Shown here in pieces: positions 45,777-55,164 of a stretch of DNA of 64,000 bases (positions are counted from its first letter, which is position 1; every line of letters starts with the position of its first letter). The notes beneath the pieces were generated by a model. It was not told the origin of the DNA, did no database searches, and saw only the letters and a list, made by a program, of their open reading frames with translations. Location of the stretch: NCBI GenBank assembly GCA_020723065.1, contig DYJP01000003.1, positions 195 to 64,194 of the forward strand, read 5' to 3'. A program made the position numbers and the translations under genes. Source of the DNA: Candidatus Micrarchaeum sp. Lineage in GTDB: Archaea; Micrarchaeota; Micrarchaeia; CABMEP01.

Positions 45777-46559
45777 CTATTCTTTTCCTTTTATCTCTTT
45801 CATTACTTTTTCAAAATCTGCCTTTACTCCGTATTTTGAAAAATAATTTATAATGTTCTTTACATCCCGGTGAAGGAACTCCTCCGCCATCGGATGGTCG
45901 AGAAGGACGGACTGGCCAACATCTATAATAAAGAGCTTACCGTCTTTTACAAGTATATTGTACTCGCTCAAGTCTCCGTGGATTAGCCCGATCGAATACA
46001 TCTTCTTCATGTCTGTAACAATCTGCTTAAAATTTTTCTTCGGATCCGGCGGACCTACTTTCTTGAGGGACGGCGCGGGGTTCCCTTCCTCGTCGCCAAT
46101 GTAATCCATTAGAAGAGTATTGTCCTTGAAATAATAAGGCTCGGGGACGTGGACTCCGGCTTCATTGCAGAGCTTGAGGTTCCTGAACTCCTTCCTTGTC
46201 CATTCGTAGACTATCTGTTGCTTGGAATGGGAAACCTTTCTGAATCTCGGATCTCCTCGGATATAGTCCTGCATGTGCCTGAAATGAGATGTTTCTATCA
46301 TGTATATCTTGAGGGCTGCAAATTCTGGATCAGCGTTATTTCTCTTTTTGCCCTTTAACTTGTCGCCCTTGGAAGTTCTAAACACATAAGCCTCCTTTCC
46401 TTTAGAAATCGGAAAATCTACAGTGGAAACAAATTTGTGATCCATCATGAATACAATAGTAAGAAGAACGTTCCTGTCGAAAACCTCGCTCTCTATCTTT
46501 CTCTCGAGCTTTGTCCTTTTTCTAATCTTCTCAAAAAAACTGTACTCATCTAAAGGCAT
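45777..46559 (-). CDS. rio1: RIO-type serine/threonine protein kinase (Rio1)
   Basis: ISKGKEAYVF, LIHGDLSEYNILV and IIDVGQSV. It has the conserved neighbourhood with aIF-1A. Confidence 0.85.
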   Translation of the reverse strand: MPLDEYSFFEKIRKRTKLERKIESEVFDRNVLLTIVFMMDHKFVSTVDFPISKGKEAYVFRTSKGDKLKGKKRNNADPEFAALKIYMIETSHFRHMQDYIRGDPRFRKVSHSKQQIVYEWTRKEFRNLKLCNEAGVHVPEPYYFKDNTLLMDYIGDEEGNPAPSLKKVGPPDPKKNFKQIVTDMKKMYSIGLIHGDLSEYNILVKDGKLFIIDVGQSVLLDHPMAEEFLHRDVKNIINYFSKYGVKADFEKVMKEIKGKE

Positions 46560-46597
46560 TCAGACCCCTTTGAAAATGATATAAGAATTAGAATAAA

Positions 46598-46897
46598 TTA
46601 CTGCAGATCTTTGAGGAAACCGTTCCTTCTGAGCCAGTCTGCCTGAATCTTGGTGTATCTCCAGATGATATCTCCCTTCTTGTCGCTTTCTATCGTCCAA
46701 GGGTGTATGATTACAAAATCCCCTTCCTTCACCCAAATGTCGTGCTTTATCTTTCCCGGAATCCGGCACATCCTTTCCTTCTTGTCGGAACATAAAACCA
46801 TGAACCTGCTTCCACCAGCTCTTCCTATTACCTGGCCAAGGATCTCCCCCTGCCTCGGCGTTCTCACTCTGAATGTCGGTACCTGCTCTTCAACCAA
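46598..46897 (-). CDS. eif1a: translation initiation factor aIF-1A
   Basis: S1-like OB sequence RVRTPRQGEILGQVIGRAGGSRFMVLCSDKKERMCRIPGKIKHDIWVKEGDFVII. The probable TTG start at 46897 lies 4 nt after GGTGA; the track start would overlap the aIF-2beta gene. Confidence 0.85.
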   Translation of the reverse strand: MVEEQVPTFRVRTPRQGEILGQVIGRAGGSRFMVLCSDKKERMCRIPGKIKHDIWVKEGDFVIIHPWTIESDKKGDIIWRYTKIQADWLRRNGFLKDLQ

Positions 46898-46914
46898 TAA
46901 ATCACCAATAATAA

Positions 46915-47337
46915 TTAAACTTTGGGAACCGAGGAACGCGCACCGCATGCCTCGCAAACCATAACGAAAATTCCCCTCTCCACCTCTTCAAGCCTCGTGT
47001 CCGGAAGCTTGCATTGCGGACAGTAGAGATAGATGTCCATATACGATTTAAGCTTGTCATTTATTATTCTATCGTTAAGCTTGCTGTTCAAGACAAGCTT
47101 CCCTCCTTCCAATACAAAGCTGGTAGCCAGCTCCTTGGCGAGATATTTACCAACGTGCCTGGGCGCTCGTCTCAGCTTATTAGTTATAGCTTCGAAATTC
47201 TTAATGATCGTTTTATTGCCTTGAATCATAATCTCCGGAAGAGGTATTTCTAAACGCTCCTTTGCAACTCTCTTTTCCGGCAATTCGGAATACGCCTTTT
47301 CCAGAAGCTTGTCGTAATCGTTAACATCAGTACTCAT
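46915..47337 (-). CDS. eif2b: translation initiation factor aIF-2 beta
   Basis: YDKLLEKAYSELPEK...IQGNKTIIKNF...RAPRHVGKYLAKELATS... and a C-terminal Zn ribbon CPQCKLPDT...CEACG. Confidence 0.9.
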   Translation of the reverse strand: MSTDVNDYDKLLEKAYSELPEKRVAKERLEIPLPEIMIQGNKTIIKNFEAITNKLRRAPRHVGKYLAKELATSFVLEGGKLVLNSKLNDRIINDKLKSYMDIYLYCPQCKLPDTRLEEVERGIFVMVCEACGARSSVPKV

Positions 47338-47486
47338 AAAACCACTGCATTCAGATAAACCGAGAATCGGAACGTTAAGCTCCTCTAACATCCAAGGTTT
47401 AGGATCATAGAAATGATATACTATACTAGTAATCGTCAAAGTTTATAAACCAATTCCCGGGCCGAGGAGATTTGGATTAAAATAGA

Positions 47487-48371
47487 TTACAGCTTGATGT
47501 TCAGCATGTAAAGCACGCCCGAAACCAGGATAAGGGATACCAAAGAGACTCCGACAATGTACGGAAGAGCGGGCATGATCTCCTTTCTTCTTGCGGCATG
47601 ACTGAACACCAAGTAAAGCCCCATTGCACTTCCGAGAAGCGCGATTGTCGGGAACGCTAGGCTGCCGAGCTTGTAGGAGACAGTGGTCACCATTGATGCG
47701 ACCGCCATGTCGCCTGTACCTAGCTCCACATACCAGGGCTGCTCTTTTGTTACGGTCTTGCCCTGCTCCTTGGTTCTCACTTTTCGTACGCCTTCAAACC
47801 CGATAGAGAAGGAAGTCTTCTCTTTTATGAAATAGTTTGCGAACTTCACCATGTGCTTAGTCCATCTAACCGCAAGGATGTCGTAAACTGCAAGCAAGAT
47901 AACGAATATGAACAACGGCAGCGGATCAATTGAAAATGCGATTACCGCCCCGATGCCTGCACCGGAAACAATCGCAAGAAGATTCCTGAAGGACTTGAAA
48001 ACCATCCTGAGCCCGAATAGGAACAGCGCCATGAGAAAAGCGAACGTGTCTGCATTCGGAACCATGAAGGACGAAAGAAACACGAAGAAAACTACGAACG
48101 ATGCAAATACTGACGCTATGAACTCAACAAGGAGTATGAAAACATGCTTGTAAGGCATGGCCAGAAATATGAATATCAACGCGGCCCCGATAAGAACCGA
48201 GATCAGCAAATAGAATGAGTTCGATATGGATGCCGGTTCGTCCGGCACCACGCTCAATGCAGAAAAGGCCGGATTCTCCTTCGCGCCTTCAATAAGCAGC
48301 ACCCCAACTCCTAAGGAGATTATCTGGGTGAGCAGGAACAGTATAACTACAACATCTAAGGCTCTCATCAA
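47487..48371 (-). CDS. presenilin/signal-peptide-peptidase-like intramembrane aspartyl protease (A22)
   Basis: Polytopic membrane protein with YD (LAVYDILAV), GxGD (LGTGDMAV) and PAL (MPALPYI) motifs in the canonical order. Confidence 0.8.
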   Translation of the reverse strand: MMRALDVVVILFLLTQIISLGVGVLLIEGAKENPAFSALSVVPDEPASISNSFYLLISVLIGAALIFIFLAMPYKHVFILLVEFIASVFASFVVFFVFLSSFMVPNADTFAFLMALFLFGLRMVFKSFRNLLAIVSGAGIGAVIAFSIDPLPLFIFVILLAVYDILAVRWTKHMVKFANYFIKEKTSFSIGFEGVRKVRTKEQGKTVTKEQPWYVELGTGDMAVASMVTTVSYKLGSLAFPTIALLGSAMGLYLVFSHAARRKEIMPALPYIVGVSLVSLILVSGVLYMLNIKL

Positions 48372-48446
48372 TACTATTTAACTTAGATAGGTTTAAAAGA
48401 GATTCTTTAAACCTATTGTAAAAATGACCTTTAAGAAAACAAATGG

Positions 48447-51400
48447 TCATTCGAACCCGTGGACAATCTTGAAGTGACCTGGCTTCGGCTCGAATATCTC
48501 GCCTTTTCTGGACATCTCTTCCAGCATCAGCCTAACACTTTTCTCATCAAACTTGAGACGGGTTATCGCTTCTTCCAGTATCTTTTCCTTTGGAATCGGA
48601 TCGAACTGTTTACTCAAATCGCGTATCGCTCCGAACAGATCGTAGTAATGGGCCTGCCTAGACCTCGGCTGGCCGGTTGAAATGATGTCCACATCTATAT
48701 TTCCAGTTGTCCTATCAAGCGCAATCTCTTTGAGAACGTATTCCACCAGGCCGATTGCGAGTTCCGCATCGGATATCTCCACCACTTCGGAAAGCCTTGT
48801 CTTTGCGCTTGCCTCACTCAAACGAATTATACCTTCGATCTGACGGGGAGTTATGGGTATCGCGCCCTGCCTCTTGCCCATCTCCCTTAGCTGAACATAG
48901 AACGATTCTATTTTATCCTGCGCCTCTATGGAAAGCTTTGGCTTTACATTTTTTCTCGCGTAAGCAACATACTTTCTGAGGAATTCATTGTCAACCTTCT
49001 GCTCCTTTGATTCTGGCACTGTCCCGTGCGCGGCATTCCTATGAGTTTCCAACAGGTATTTCGCCAGCTTCCTGTCGGATGTTTCATCCACCACATCACG
49101 AATTGGAAATATTAGGTCGAACCTACTCTGAAGCGTCGGAGGAATGTCGAACTGGATTCCTATAAGTTGATTCGGATCGAACCTTCCGAACTTTGGATTC
49201 GCTGCCGCGAGAATTGCAGTCTTGGCCTTGAACTTCGCAACGATTCCCGCTTTTGCGACCGAAACGGTCCCCGATTCCATAACCTCATGAAGGGCCGCTC
49301 TTTCATTATCGTCTATCTTGTCAAACTCATCCACTCCTGCAAGACCTCCTGAAGCAAGAACCAGCGCTCCCGCTTTGAGAGTCCAGCCCTCACCAAGGTC
49401 GTCTTTTTCTGCACTCGCCGTAAGACCAACACCACTCACGGATTTTCCGCTTACATAGATGCTCTTGGGCGCAAGCGCGGTGACATACTGCAATAATCTT
49501 GTATTGTGGGCAATGATGCCGTTTGCAACAAAATTATACTTACCAGGAACCTCGAAATCATAAACCCATTTTTCTTTAGATTTTACCTTTTCAATCTTTA
49601 CAACCTTGTCCCAGAAAAGATCGGATTCCGAAAGAGCTTGCAGCCGGTCAAGAATCTCAGAGGTCTCCCTGTGACCGTTGAATTTCCTCATGTGCGAAAC
49701 CACAGACTTGAGGGTATCTCTGCTCGGATGCCTGTCTCCAAGCTCCAAGTGAAGATAAGTTCCTCTTGCAACCCCGCATTGGTGCTGATAAATTCCGAGC
49801 TTGGAACGAAGGTCTTTCAATAAACTTGAAACACCAGGGACCACATCTATGTTTGTATTTGATTTAAGATCGATCTTCAGTGCCTGCTTTCGCTTCAGTC
49901 CAAAACCTATCTTTTCAAAGAAATTTTTTGCGTGCTCTCCGGTAATAGAAAGACGGAAATATTTCCTCGCAATTTTCTGTTCAGTATTTGTTGCTCGGCC
50001 CATCGTACTATGGATTTGAGAAACAACACCAAACCTGAGAAGCAAAATCCCAACCTGCTCGATAAAAGTTTTACTTGCAGAGGTCAAGGTTACGCTACCG
50101 ATCCCCTTTCTAACCGTGCCTTTACAGTCAAAGTAAGCTGAAAGAAATGCCCTAACAACAGTGTCGGTGCTTCTCTGAATCTCGATTGGAACGCTCTTTG
50201 TCCTTGATTCTTCGACCATTCCCATTGATTCAAGCAGTCGACCCAATTCAGTTGAATGCACGCTTGCAAGATTCAATCCATTCCCATCTAGGCTAACGGT
50301 GCACTTAAGACCGAATAAATCCTTGATTAAGAATACGAAACGTTTAAGCATCTGCTTGTCTGCAGTTGTGAAGGAGATCTCATAGCTCGTTCCTGTTTTT
50401 CGCAGATAACCGTCGCCAATCAAATATCCCGCAAGCTCTGCAAATTTCTCATCAACATATGCGGGCACACGTATTTTGTTTGCATTTATTCTACATTTCT
50501 CGAATGCAGGAAACTTCTGTTTACTACCACTTATCTTAAGCACTCGGGGAGTAGCGATAAAATCGCCAACCTTCAATTCTTCCGTCTTGACTGAATCGAT
50601 TGATCCATCCCTCGGCACAAAAAATGGGTGAATTCCAGTAGTAATGATCTCCTTGCCAGTGAATGTTGTAACTTTGTACATGAATTTGGGTGATTTAAGT
50701 TTCCATACGACCGCTCCCTCGGAACAGCTTATCTTGCCGCAACCGTCCATAGACATAAGGCCAGTCTTAACCTTGGAATAAATTCCGTCATCCACTTCCG
50801 TACTTCCGAGTGCCAAACGAGATTCTACAACATCCTTGATCTTCTGTATCGAACCATCTGCAAGAACTATACTTGAATCACCATCTAGGCACTTCGCGGC
50901 GCCAGGATCTCCTATTAACAGAATGTGAATGTCATTCCTTATCACTCCGCCTTCCGGAAGCTTCTTATCTGGGTTTCCTCCGAAAAGCTGGAGCGCGACC
51001 GCCTTCTTCATCTCCCTGTGGCCATAAATGGAAGGCGCGATTGAATTGGTTATTATTTCAAATACATTCGGGATTTTAGAAAACTCCTTTATCTGCTTAA
51101 TGTCTTCCTTCGTAAGCTCAACTTCCTCGAATTCTCTCTGCGTGCTCTTTATCGAAACTACGTCTATATACTTCGCATAAACCGGCTCCTTTGTCTTGCC
51201 TATCTGCTTTAGTCTAAGAATGCCAACCACTTCTACAGTATCCCCAGGAATTATCGAGTTGCAAAGATCGTCATCCAGTATCATCTCTATATGGCTTGCG
51301 GGCGAACCGCTCCTTACCCTTTCCAGGAGCTCCTGAATCTCCAATCTCTGAATGTTCACAAATTTCGTCGCCTTCTCGTCGAGCTCCAATGTCCTTTTCT

Positions 51401-51881
51401 TGCAGTTGCTACAGACATCAGGAAGGTAAACACCTTTTTCCATTACAACCTTTTCAATGTTTCCACAATTTGAGCAATTGTAGATTGCAACACTAACCTT
51501 CGGCCTTATCTCTGCCCTTTTGGTGACCACTCCGTTAAGCGTTATCATCTTATGAATATGCTCCGAGCCAATGTTCTCGATCAGAAGAGACCCTTTCTCC
51601 CCAACTTCCACTCCCTCTACCCTTACATGAGGTTCGAAATCCTTCTTTTCCTCGCCGGCCATGGAGATTAGTGCCAACTGGGCTGCCTTGAGGTATGTGT
51701 CTGGATTGTCCACCATCTTCTCTGCAAACTCATGATCGTATTTTTGGAGCGTCTTATAAGAAAAAAAGAAACTCTTCTTTTCCGGATATCTGTTCTTCAA
51801 ATCCTGGAACTCCTTACCATAGCTGTCAGAAAAGAACTCTTCGAACTTTTGAGATATAGGAGTAAGATCTGCCTGAACCAT
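48447..51881 (-). CDS. mcm: MCM replicative helicase, intein-containing
   Basis: N-terminal OB/Zn (CSNCGN...CSNCKK). The AAA+ Walker A, LLIGDPGAAK, is interrupted. After the insert come TRLLQYV..., Walker B GLAGVDEFDKI and the arginine finger SRFDLIF. The extein total is 684 aa. The ATG at 51881 follows GTGGT. Confidence 0.95.
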   Translation of the reverse strand: MVQADLTPISQKFEEFFSDSYGKEFQDLKNRYPEKKSFFFSYKTLQKYDHEFAEKMVDNPDTYLKAAQLALISMAGEEKKDFEPHVRVEGVEVGEKGSLLIENIGSEHIHKMITLNGVVTKRAEIRPKVSVAIYNCSNCGNIEKVVMEKGVYLPDVCSNCKKRTLELDEKATKFVNIQRLEIQELLERVRSGSPASHIEMILDDDLCNSIIPGDTVEVVGILRLKQIGKTKEPVYAKYIDVVSIKSTQREFEEVELTKEDIKQIKEFSKIPNVFEIITNSIAPSIYGHREMKKAVALQLFGGNPDKKLPEGGVIRNDIHILLIGDPGAAKCLDGDSSIVLADGSIQKIKDVVESRLALGSTEVDDGIYSKVKTGLMSMDGCGKISCSEGAVVWKLKSPKFMYKVTTFTGKEIITTGIHPFFVPRDGSIDSVKTEELKVGDFIATPRVLKISGSKQKFPAFEKCRINANKIRVPAYVDEKFAELAGYLIGDGYLRKTGTSYEISFTTADKQMLKRFVFLIKDLFGLKCTVSLDGNGLNLASVHSTELGRLLESMGMVEESRTKSVPIEIQRSTDTVVRAFLSAYFDCKGTVRKGIGSVTLTSASKTFIEQVGILLLRFGVVSQIHSTMGRATNTEQKIARKYFRLSITGEHAKNFFEKIGFGLKRKQALKIDLKSNTNIDVVPGVSSLLKDLRSKLGIYQHQCGVARGTYLHLELGDRHPSRDTLKSVVSHMRKFNGHRETSEILDRLQALSESDLFWDKVVKIEKVKSKEKWVYDFEVPGKYNFVANGIIAHNTRLLQYVTALAPKSIYVSGKSVSGVGLTASAEKDDLGEGWTLKAGALVLASGGLAGVDEFDKIDDNERAALHEVMESGTVSVAKAGIVAKFKAKTAILAAANPKFGRFDPNQLIGIQFDIPPTLQSRFDLIFPIRDVVDETSDRKLAKYLLETHRNAAHGTVPESKEQKVDNEFLRKYVAYARKNVKPKLSIEAQDKIESFYVQLREMGKRQGAIPITPRQIEGIIRLSEASAKTRLSEVVEISDAELAIGLVEYVLKEIALDRTTGNIDVDIISTGQPRSRQAHYYDLFGAIRDLSKQFDPIPKEKILEEAITRLKFDEKSVRLMLEEMSRKGEIFEPKPGHFKIVHGFE
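49503..50891 (-). mobile_element. 463-aa intein with LAGLIDADG homing-endonuclease domain in MCM Walker A
   Basis: Starts GAAK|CLDGDSSIVLADG and has block-B TGIH. LAGLIDADG motifs are LAGYLIGDGYL and FLSAYFDCKGTV. It ends GIIAHN|T, with a +1 Thr nucleophile. The junctions are in frame. Confidence 0.85.
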
Positions 51882-52055
51882 AAATACCACACATGAATAA
51901 GATTACAATAAACGATAGGCTGAATAGAAGTAATGCGAGTAAGTTAATAAAGATGACGCACCCCCTCACTACCACTAATAATTATTAGCAGATGCTTTAA
52001 ATATTTTTTACAAGAAGATTTCATGTGAACAGCATGAATAAATTACAGTGATCAC

Positions 52056-53525
52056 ATGACAAAATTCTATATAACGACACCGATATACTACGCCAATGAC
52101 CTTCCGCATATAGGTAGTGCCTATACCACAACAATAGCGGACGTCCTGTCCATATGGCACAGAATGAAGGGGGACGATACGTTCTTCCTAACTGGATTAG
52201 ATGAGAATTCGGTGAAGGTCAGCCAGGCTGCAGAAAAACAAGGTTATTCAGACATACAGAAATACTCCGATAGCATGGCAGAAAAATGGATTGAAGCGTG
52301 GAAACGGTTGAACTTCACCAACGACGGATTTATAAGGACAACGAGCAAGAGCCACAAGGAAAATGTTGTCAAATTCTTCAGTAAGGTTTATGAAAAAGGA
52401 GATATATATAAAGGAACATACGAGGGGCTTTACTGCGAAGGATGTGAAGAATTCAAGCTGGAAAAAGACGCCCCAGACGGCAAATGCCCGATACATCAGA
52501 CGCCCTTAAAGAAAATCAAAGAAGAAAACTACTACTTCAGGCTATCGAAATACCGCGATGCAATCCTCAAACACATAGAGGAGAATCCCGAATACATAAT
52601 GCCGGAGACAAGAAGGAACGAGGTGGTAAACTTCCTCAAGCAAGGTCTCATGGACAACTCAATCTCCAGGCCGGACCTGAAATGGGGAATAGAATTTCCG
52701 ATAGACAAAAAACATAGGTTCTGGGTGTGGTTCGATGCACTCATAAACTACCTTTCTCCGGAAAAATACTGGCCTGCAGAAGTTCACCTGTTAGGAAAAG
52801 ACATCTCGAGATTTCACTGCATACTCTGGACCGGAATGCTCATGTCCGCGGGATACGAACTTCCCAAGAAAATGTACGTCCACGGATTCTTCACAATAAA
52901 CGGACAGAAGATATCGAAATCGCTAGGAAACGCTATAGATCCGGTCAGGCTCTCCGAGAAATATGGGATTGACGGAATAAGATACTACATGTTCAGGGAC
53001 ATTTCTATTGGTGAAGATGGAGACTTCTCTGAAGTCGCGCTCAAGGAGAGGATAAACAACGAGATAGTCGCGAACTACAGCAACCTTTTCTACAGGGTTT
53101 CCTCTTTCCTGCAGAAAAACTTCGAAGGGAAGGTTCCGGAAGCCAAATACGGAAAAGACGAAGAAGAACTGCTTGAAACGGTAGAAAAGCTAGTCAAGAC
53201 ATATGAAAGACAGATGGAAAACATCGAGCTCACCGCCGCACTAAACACTGCCGTAGAGCTCAGTACGCTTGCAAACAGATATGTCCAGACCAAAGAGCCG
53301 TGGAAAATAATAAAAACGGACAGAAATTCGGCTGCAGTTTCGTTGAATTTTGCATCGCAGCTACTCAGAAGCATAGTGCTCCTTTACCATCCATTCATGC
53401 CGAACAAAGGGAAGGAAGCGGCGAAAGCACTCGGAATAAAGTTGGAATGGGAAGACGTCTCAAAGCCAACGTTGAAGGCTGGACACGAAATAAAGCCAGT
53501 CATGCTTTTCAAGAAGATAGAATGA
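52056..53525 (+). CDS. metG: methionyl-tRNA synthetase (short form, no C-terminal tRNA-binding appendix)
   Basis: ITTPIYYANDLPHIGSAY (HIGH-type), Zn knuckle CEGCEEF...CPIH and KISKSLGN (KMSKS). Confidence 0.95.
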   Translation: MTKFYITTPIYYANDLPHIGSAYTTTIADVLSIWHRMKGDDTFFLTGLDENSVKVSQAAEKQGYSDIQKYSDSMAEKWIEAWKRLNFTNDGFIRTTSKSHKENVVKFFSKVYEKGDIYKGTYEGLYCEGCEEFKLEKDAPDGKCPIHQTPLKKIKEENYYFRLSKYRDAILKHIEENPEYIMPETRRNEVVNFLKQGLMDNSISRPDLKWGIEFPIDKKHRFWVWFDALINYLSPEKYWPAEVHLLGKDISRFHCILWTGMLMSAGYELPKKMYVHGFFTINGQKISKSLGNAIDPVRLSEKYGIDGIRYYMFRDISIGEDGDFSEVALKERINNEIVANYSNLFYRVSSFLQKNFEGKVPEAKYGKDEEELLETVEKLVKTYERQMENIELTAALNTAVELSTLANRYVQTKEPWKIIKTDRNSAAVSLNFASQLLRSIVLLYHPFMPNKGKEAAKALGIKLEWEDVSKPTLKAGHEIKPVMLFKKIE

Positions 53526-53618
53526 ACTGCCGAAAAAGGAAAGAAAAGAAAACCTTTAATAAAATAATAGTGTAAATATAATTACATCTTGTCTCTTTTC
53601 AGTTTCGAGAAGAGAAAT

Positions 53619-53693
53619 GGGCCCGTAGCTCAGCTTGGCCAGAGCGTTCGGCTTTTAACCGACAGGTCGAGGGTTCAAATCCCTCCGGGCCCG
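53619..53693 (+). tRNA. tRNA-Lys (anticodon UUU)
   Basis: Hand-folded. GGGCCCG/CGGGCCC acceptor, GCTC/GAGC D stem, loop CTTTTAA, T arm GAGGG-TTCAAAT-CCCTC. No intron. Confidence 0.9.
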
Positions 53694-53759
53694 TTAACCT
53701 ATTTCTAAAATCCAAAGACATTAAGAAATCTGAAAATTAGAAAAGAAACAAAGATTAGA

Positions 53760-53767
53760 TTTAAATA
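53760..53767 (+). promoter_or_regulatory. candidate TATA box (TTTAAATA) for RNase P RNA
   Basis: Located 22 nt upstream of the predicted P1 5' end at 53790. Confidence 0.45.
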
Positions 53768-53789
53768 TGGTTATCTCATATTTATAACA

Positions 53790-54072
53790 GAGTGGTGGAC
53801 TGCAGCTTACGGTGGGCACTAGGATCTCTCGAATCCAGAAAGGGAAGTCGGAAGAAACCAAAAGTGTCTTCTGAGGAAGTTCGATCCATAGAGTGAAACG
53901 CGCTTTAAGGGCGCGATGCGAGAATAGAAACGAACTGTCTTTTGAGAATGAGGATGACGAAAGGAGACGAGATAGACAGATGAAACGACTCGCATCTCAC
54001 AGTGAAATGCAAGGCCTTAGGCCGCTTAGTCGAATGCTGCGTTTACAGAAGATCGGCTATAGTCCGCCACTC
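53790..54072 (+). ncRNA. rnpB: RNase P RNA (compact, ~283 nt)
   Basis: P1 pairs GAGTGGTGGACT (5') with AGTCCGCCACTC (3'). CR-I-like GAGGAAGTTCGATCCATAGAGTGAAAC, CR-V-like AGATGAAACGACT and CR-IV-like ACAGAAGATCGGCTATAG are present. P4 can form between CGATC and GATCG. A T-run follows the 3' end. Confidence 0.85.
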
Positions 54073-54112
54073 TTATTTACTTCTTTTTATCAGAAACAAG
54101 GTAGACATTATC

Positions 54113-55138
54113 TCATTCAAGATAGTTGTCTTGCGATCTAAATGCGCCCTTACTAGATGGTTTCCTAACCGAAATGATTGCTAACAGAAAAAGAAGAACT
54201 ACCAGGTCTGCAAATATCAGGTATTCAGCCCGCACTATTCTTACAACCGACAAAGCCATAATGAGAACTGCAACAAAAATTATTGCGACCTTTCCTCCCT
54301 TTCGAATCTTAAAAATAAAAGAAATTATGAATGCAATCAATGCCAAACTAAATGCCAGCCCATAAAGAATTTCTGAGATTGAATCAAAAACAGACAAAAA
54401 AGACGACAACATTGCATTGAAAGCGGAAATAAATTGGAACAGCGAATCTCCTTTCCCAGTGATCTTTTCTAAGGCTCGTATATCGGATTTGACTTCTTCC
54501 GTGTGAAATGCAGAAATGTGTTCCTGACTGTCCTTGATCAAATCATTTATTGAATTATTTAATGATTCGTTAAAAACATTCAAGTTGGAAACAAGGCGTT
54601 CCAGTTCGGTTTTAAGTAACACAGACTCTTCGTATATTGGAATAAAATCTTCAAATGGGGACATACTTGCTGTGAATGAAATTGTTGCTGAAATGTTTTG
54701 ATATGGTTCCAAAAACACAAAAAATGTAACGTTCTTCTGAAGTTCTGAAGAAGGTGAGCACATCGAATCCTCAAGATGACAGGTCAAAACCACATATGAA
54801 ACGTTAAGTTTTTTTTCGGCATCCTTAAAATAGACTGAACTTCCAGATCCATCTGACATAGAAATTGTCGCCTTTACGTATACGGTCACGTTATCTGAAA
54901 CAATGTTTTTCAACGATGAAGCGGGAATCGCCCAGTCGACAAGTACGTACGAACGGTATTCGTATAACGGAAGAATTTTTTCTGGCAAGACGGGATTTGA
55001 AACAGATATTAACCTGTCTACCTGAGAACTGTTTATAACTATTGAATTAATTTCTTGCGCAAAAAAATTGCCGGACGCTAAAAGTATGAAAAGAAAAATC
55101 AACAAAACATTAAATCCGCGATTTAAATTTCTTTTCAT
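54113..55138 (-). CDS. hypothetical secreted, C-terminally membrane-anchored protein
   Basis: Signal-peptide-like N-terminus MKRNLNRGFNVLLIFLFILLASGNFFAQE, an N/S-rich ectodomain and 3-4 hydrophobic segments at the C-terminus. Confidence 0.55.
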   Translation of the reverse strand: MKRNLNRGFNVLLIFLFILLASGNFFAQEINSIVINSSQVDRLISVSNPVLPEKILPLYEYRSYVLVDWAIPASSLKNIVSDNVTVYVKATISMSDGSGSSVYFKDAEKKLNVSYVVLTCHLEDSMCSPSSELQKNVTFFVFLEPYQNISATISFTASMSPFEDFIPIYEESVLLKTELERLVSNLNVFNESLNNSINDLIKDSQEHISAFHTEEVKSDIRALEKITGKGDSLFQFISAFNAMLSSFLSVFDSISEILYGLAFSLALIAFIISFIFKIRKGGKVAIIFVAVLIMALSVVRIVRAEYLIFADLVVLLFLLAIISVRKPSSKGAFRSQDNYLE

Positions 55139-55164
55139 AATTTCACTTTATTAAATCCAAAAAA

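Noticed and set aside
53893-54184. 82-aa and 60-aa + strand ORFs
   Set aside because: Both lie inside the RNase P RNA, which has strong conserved-motif and P1 pairing evidence. Neither has an SD.
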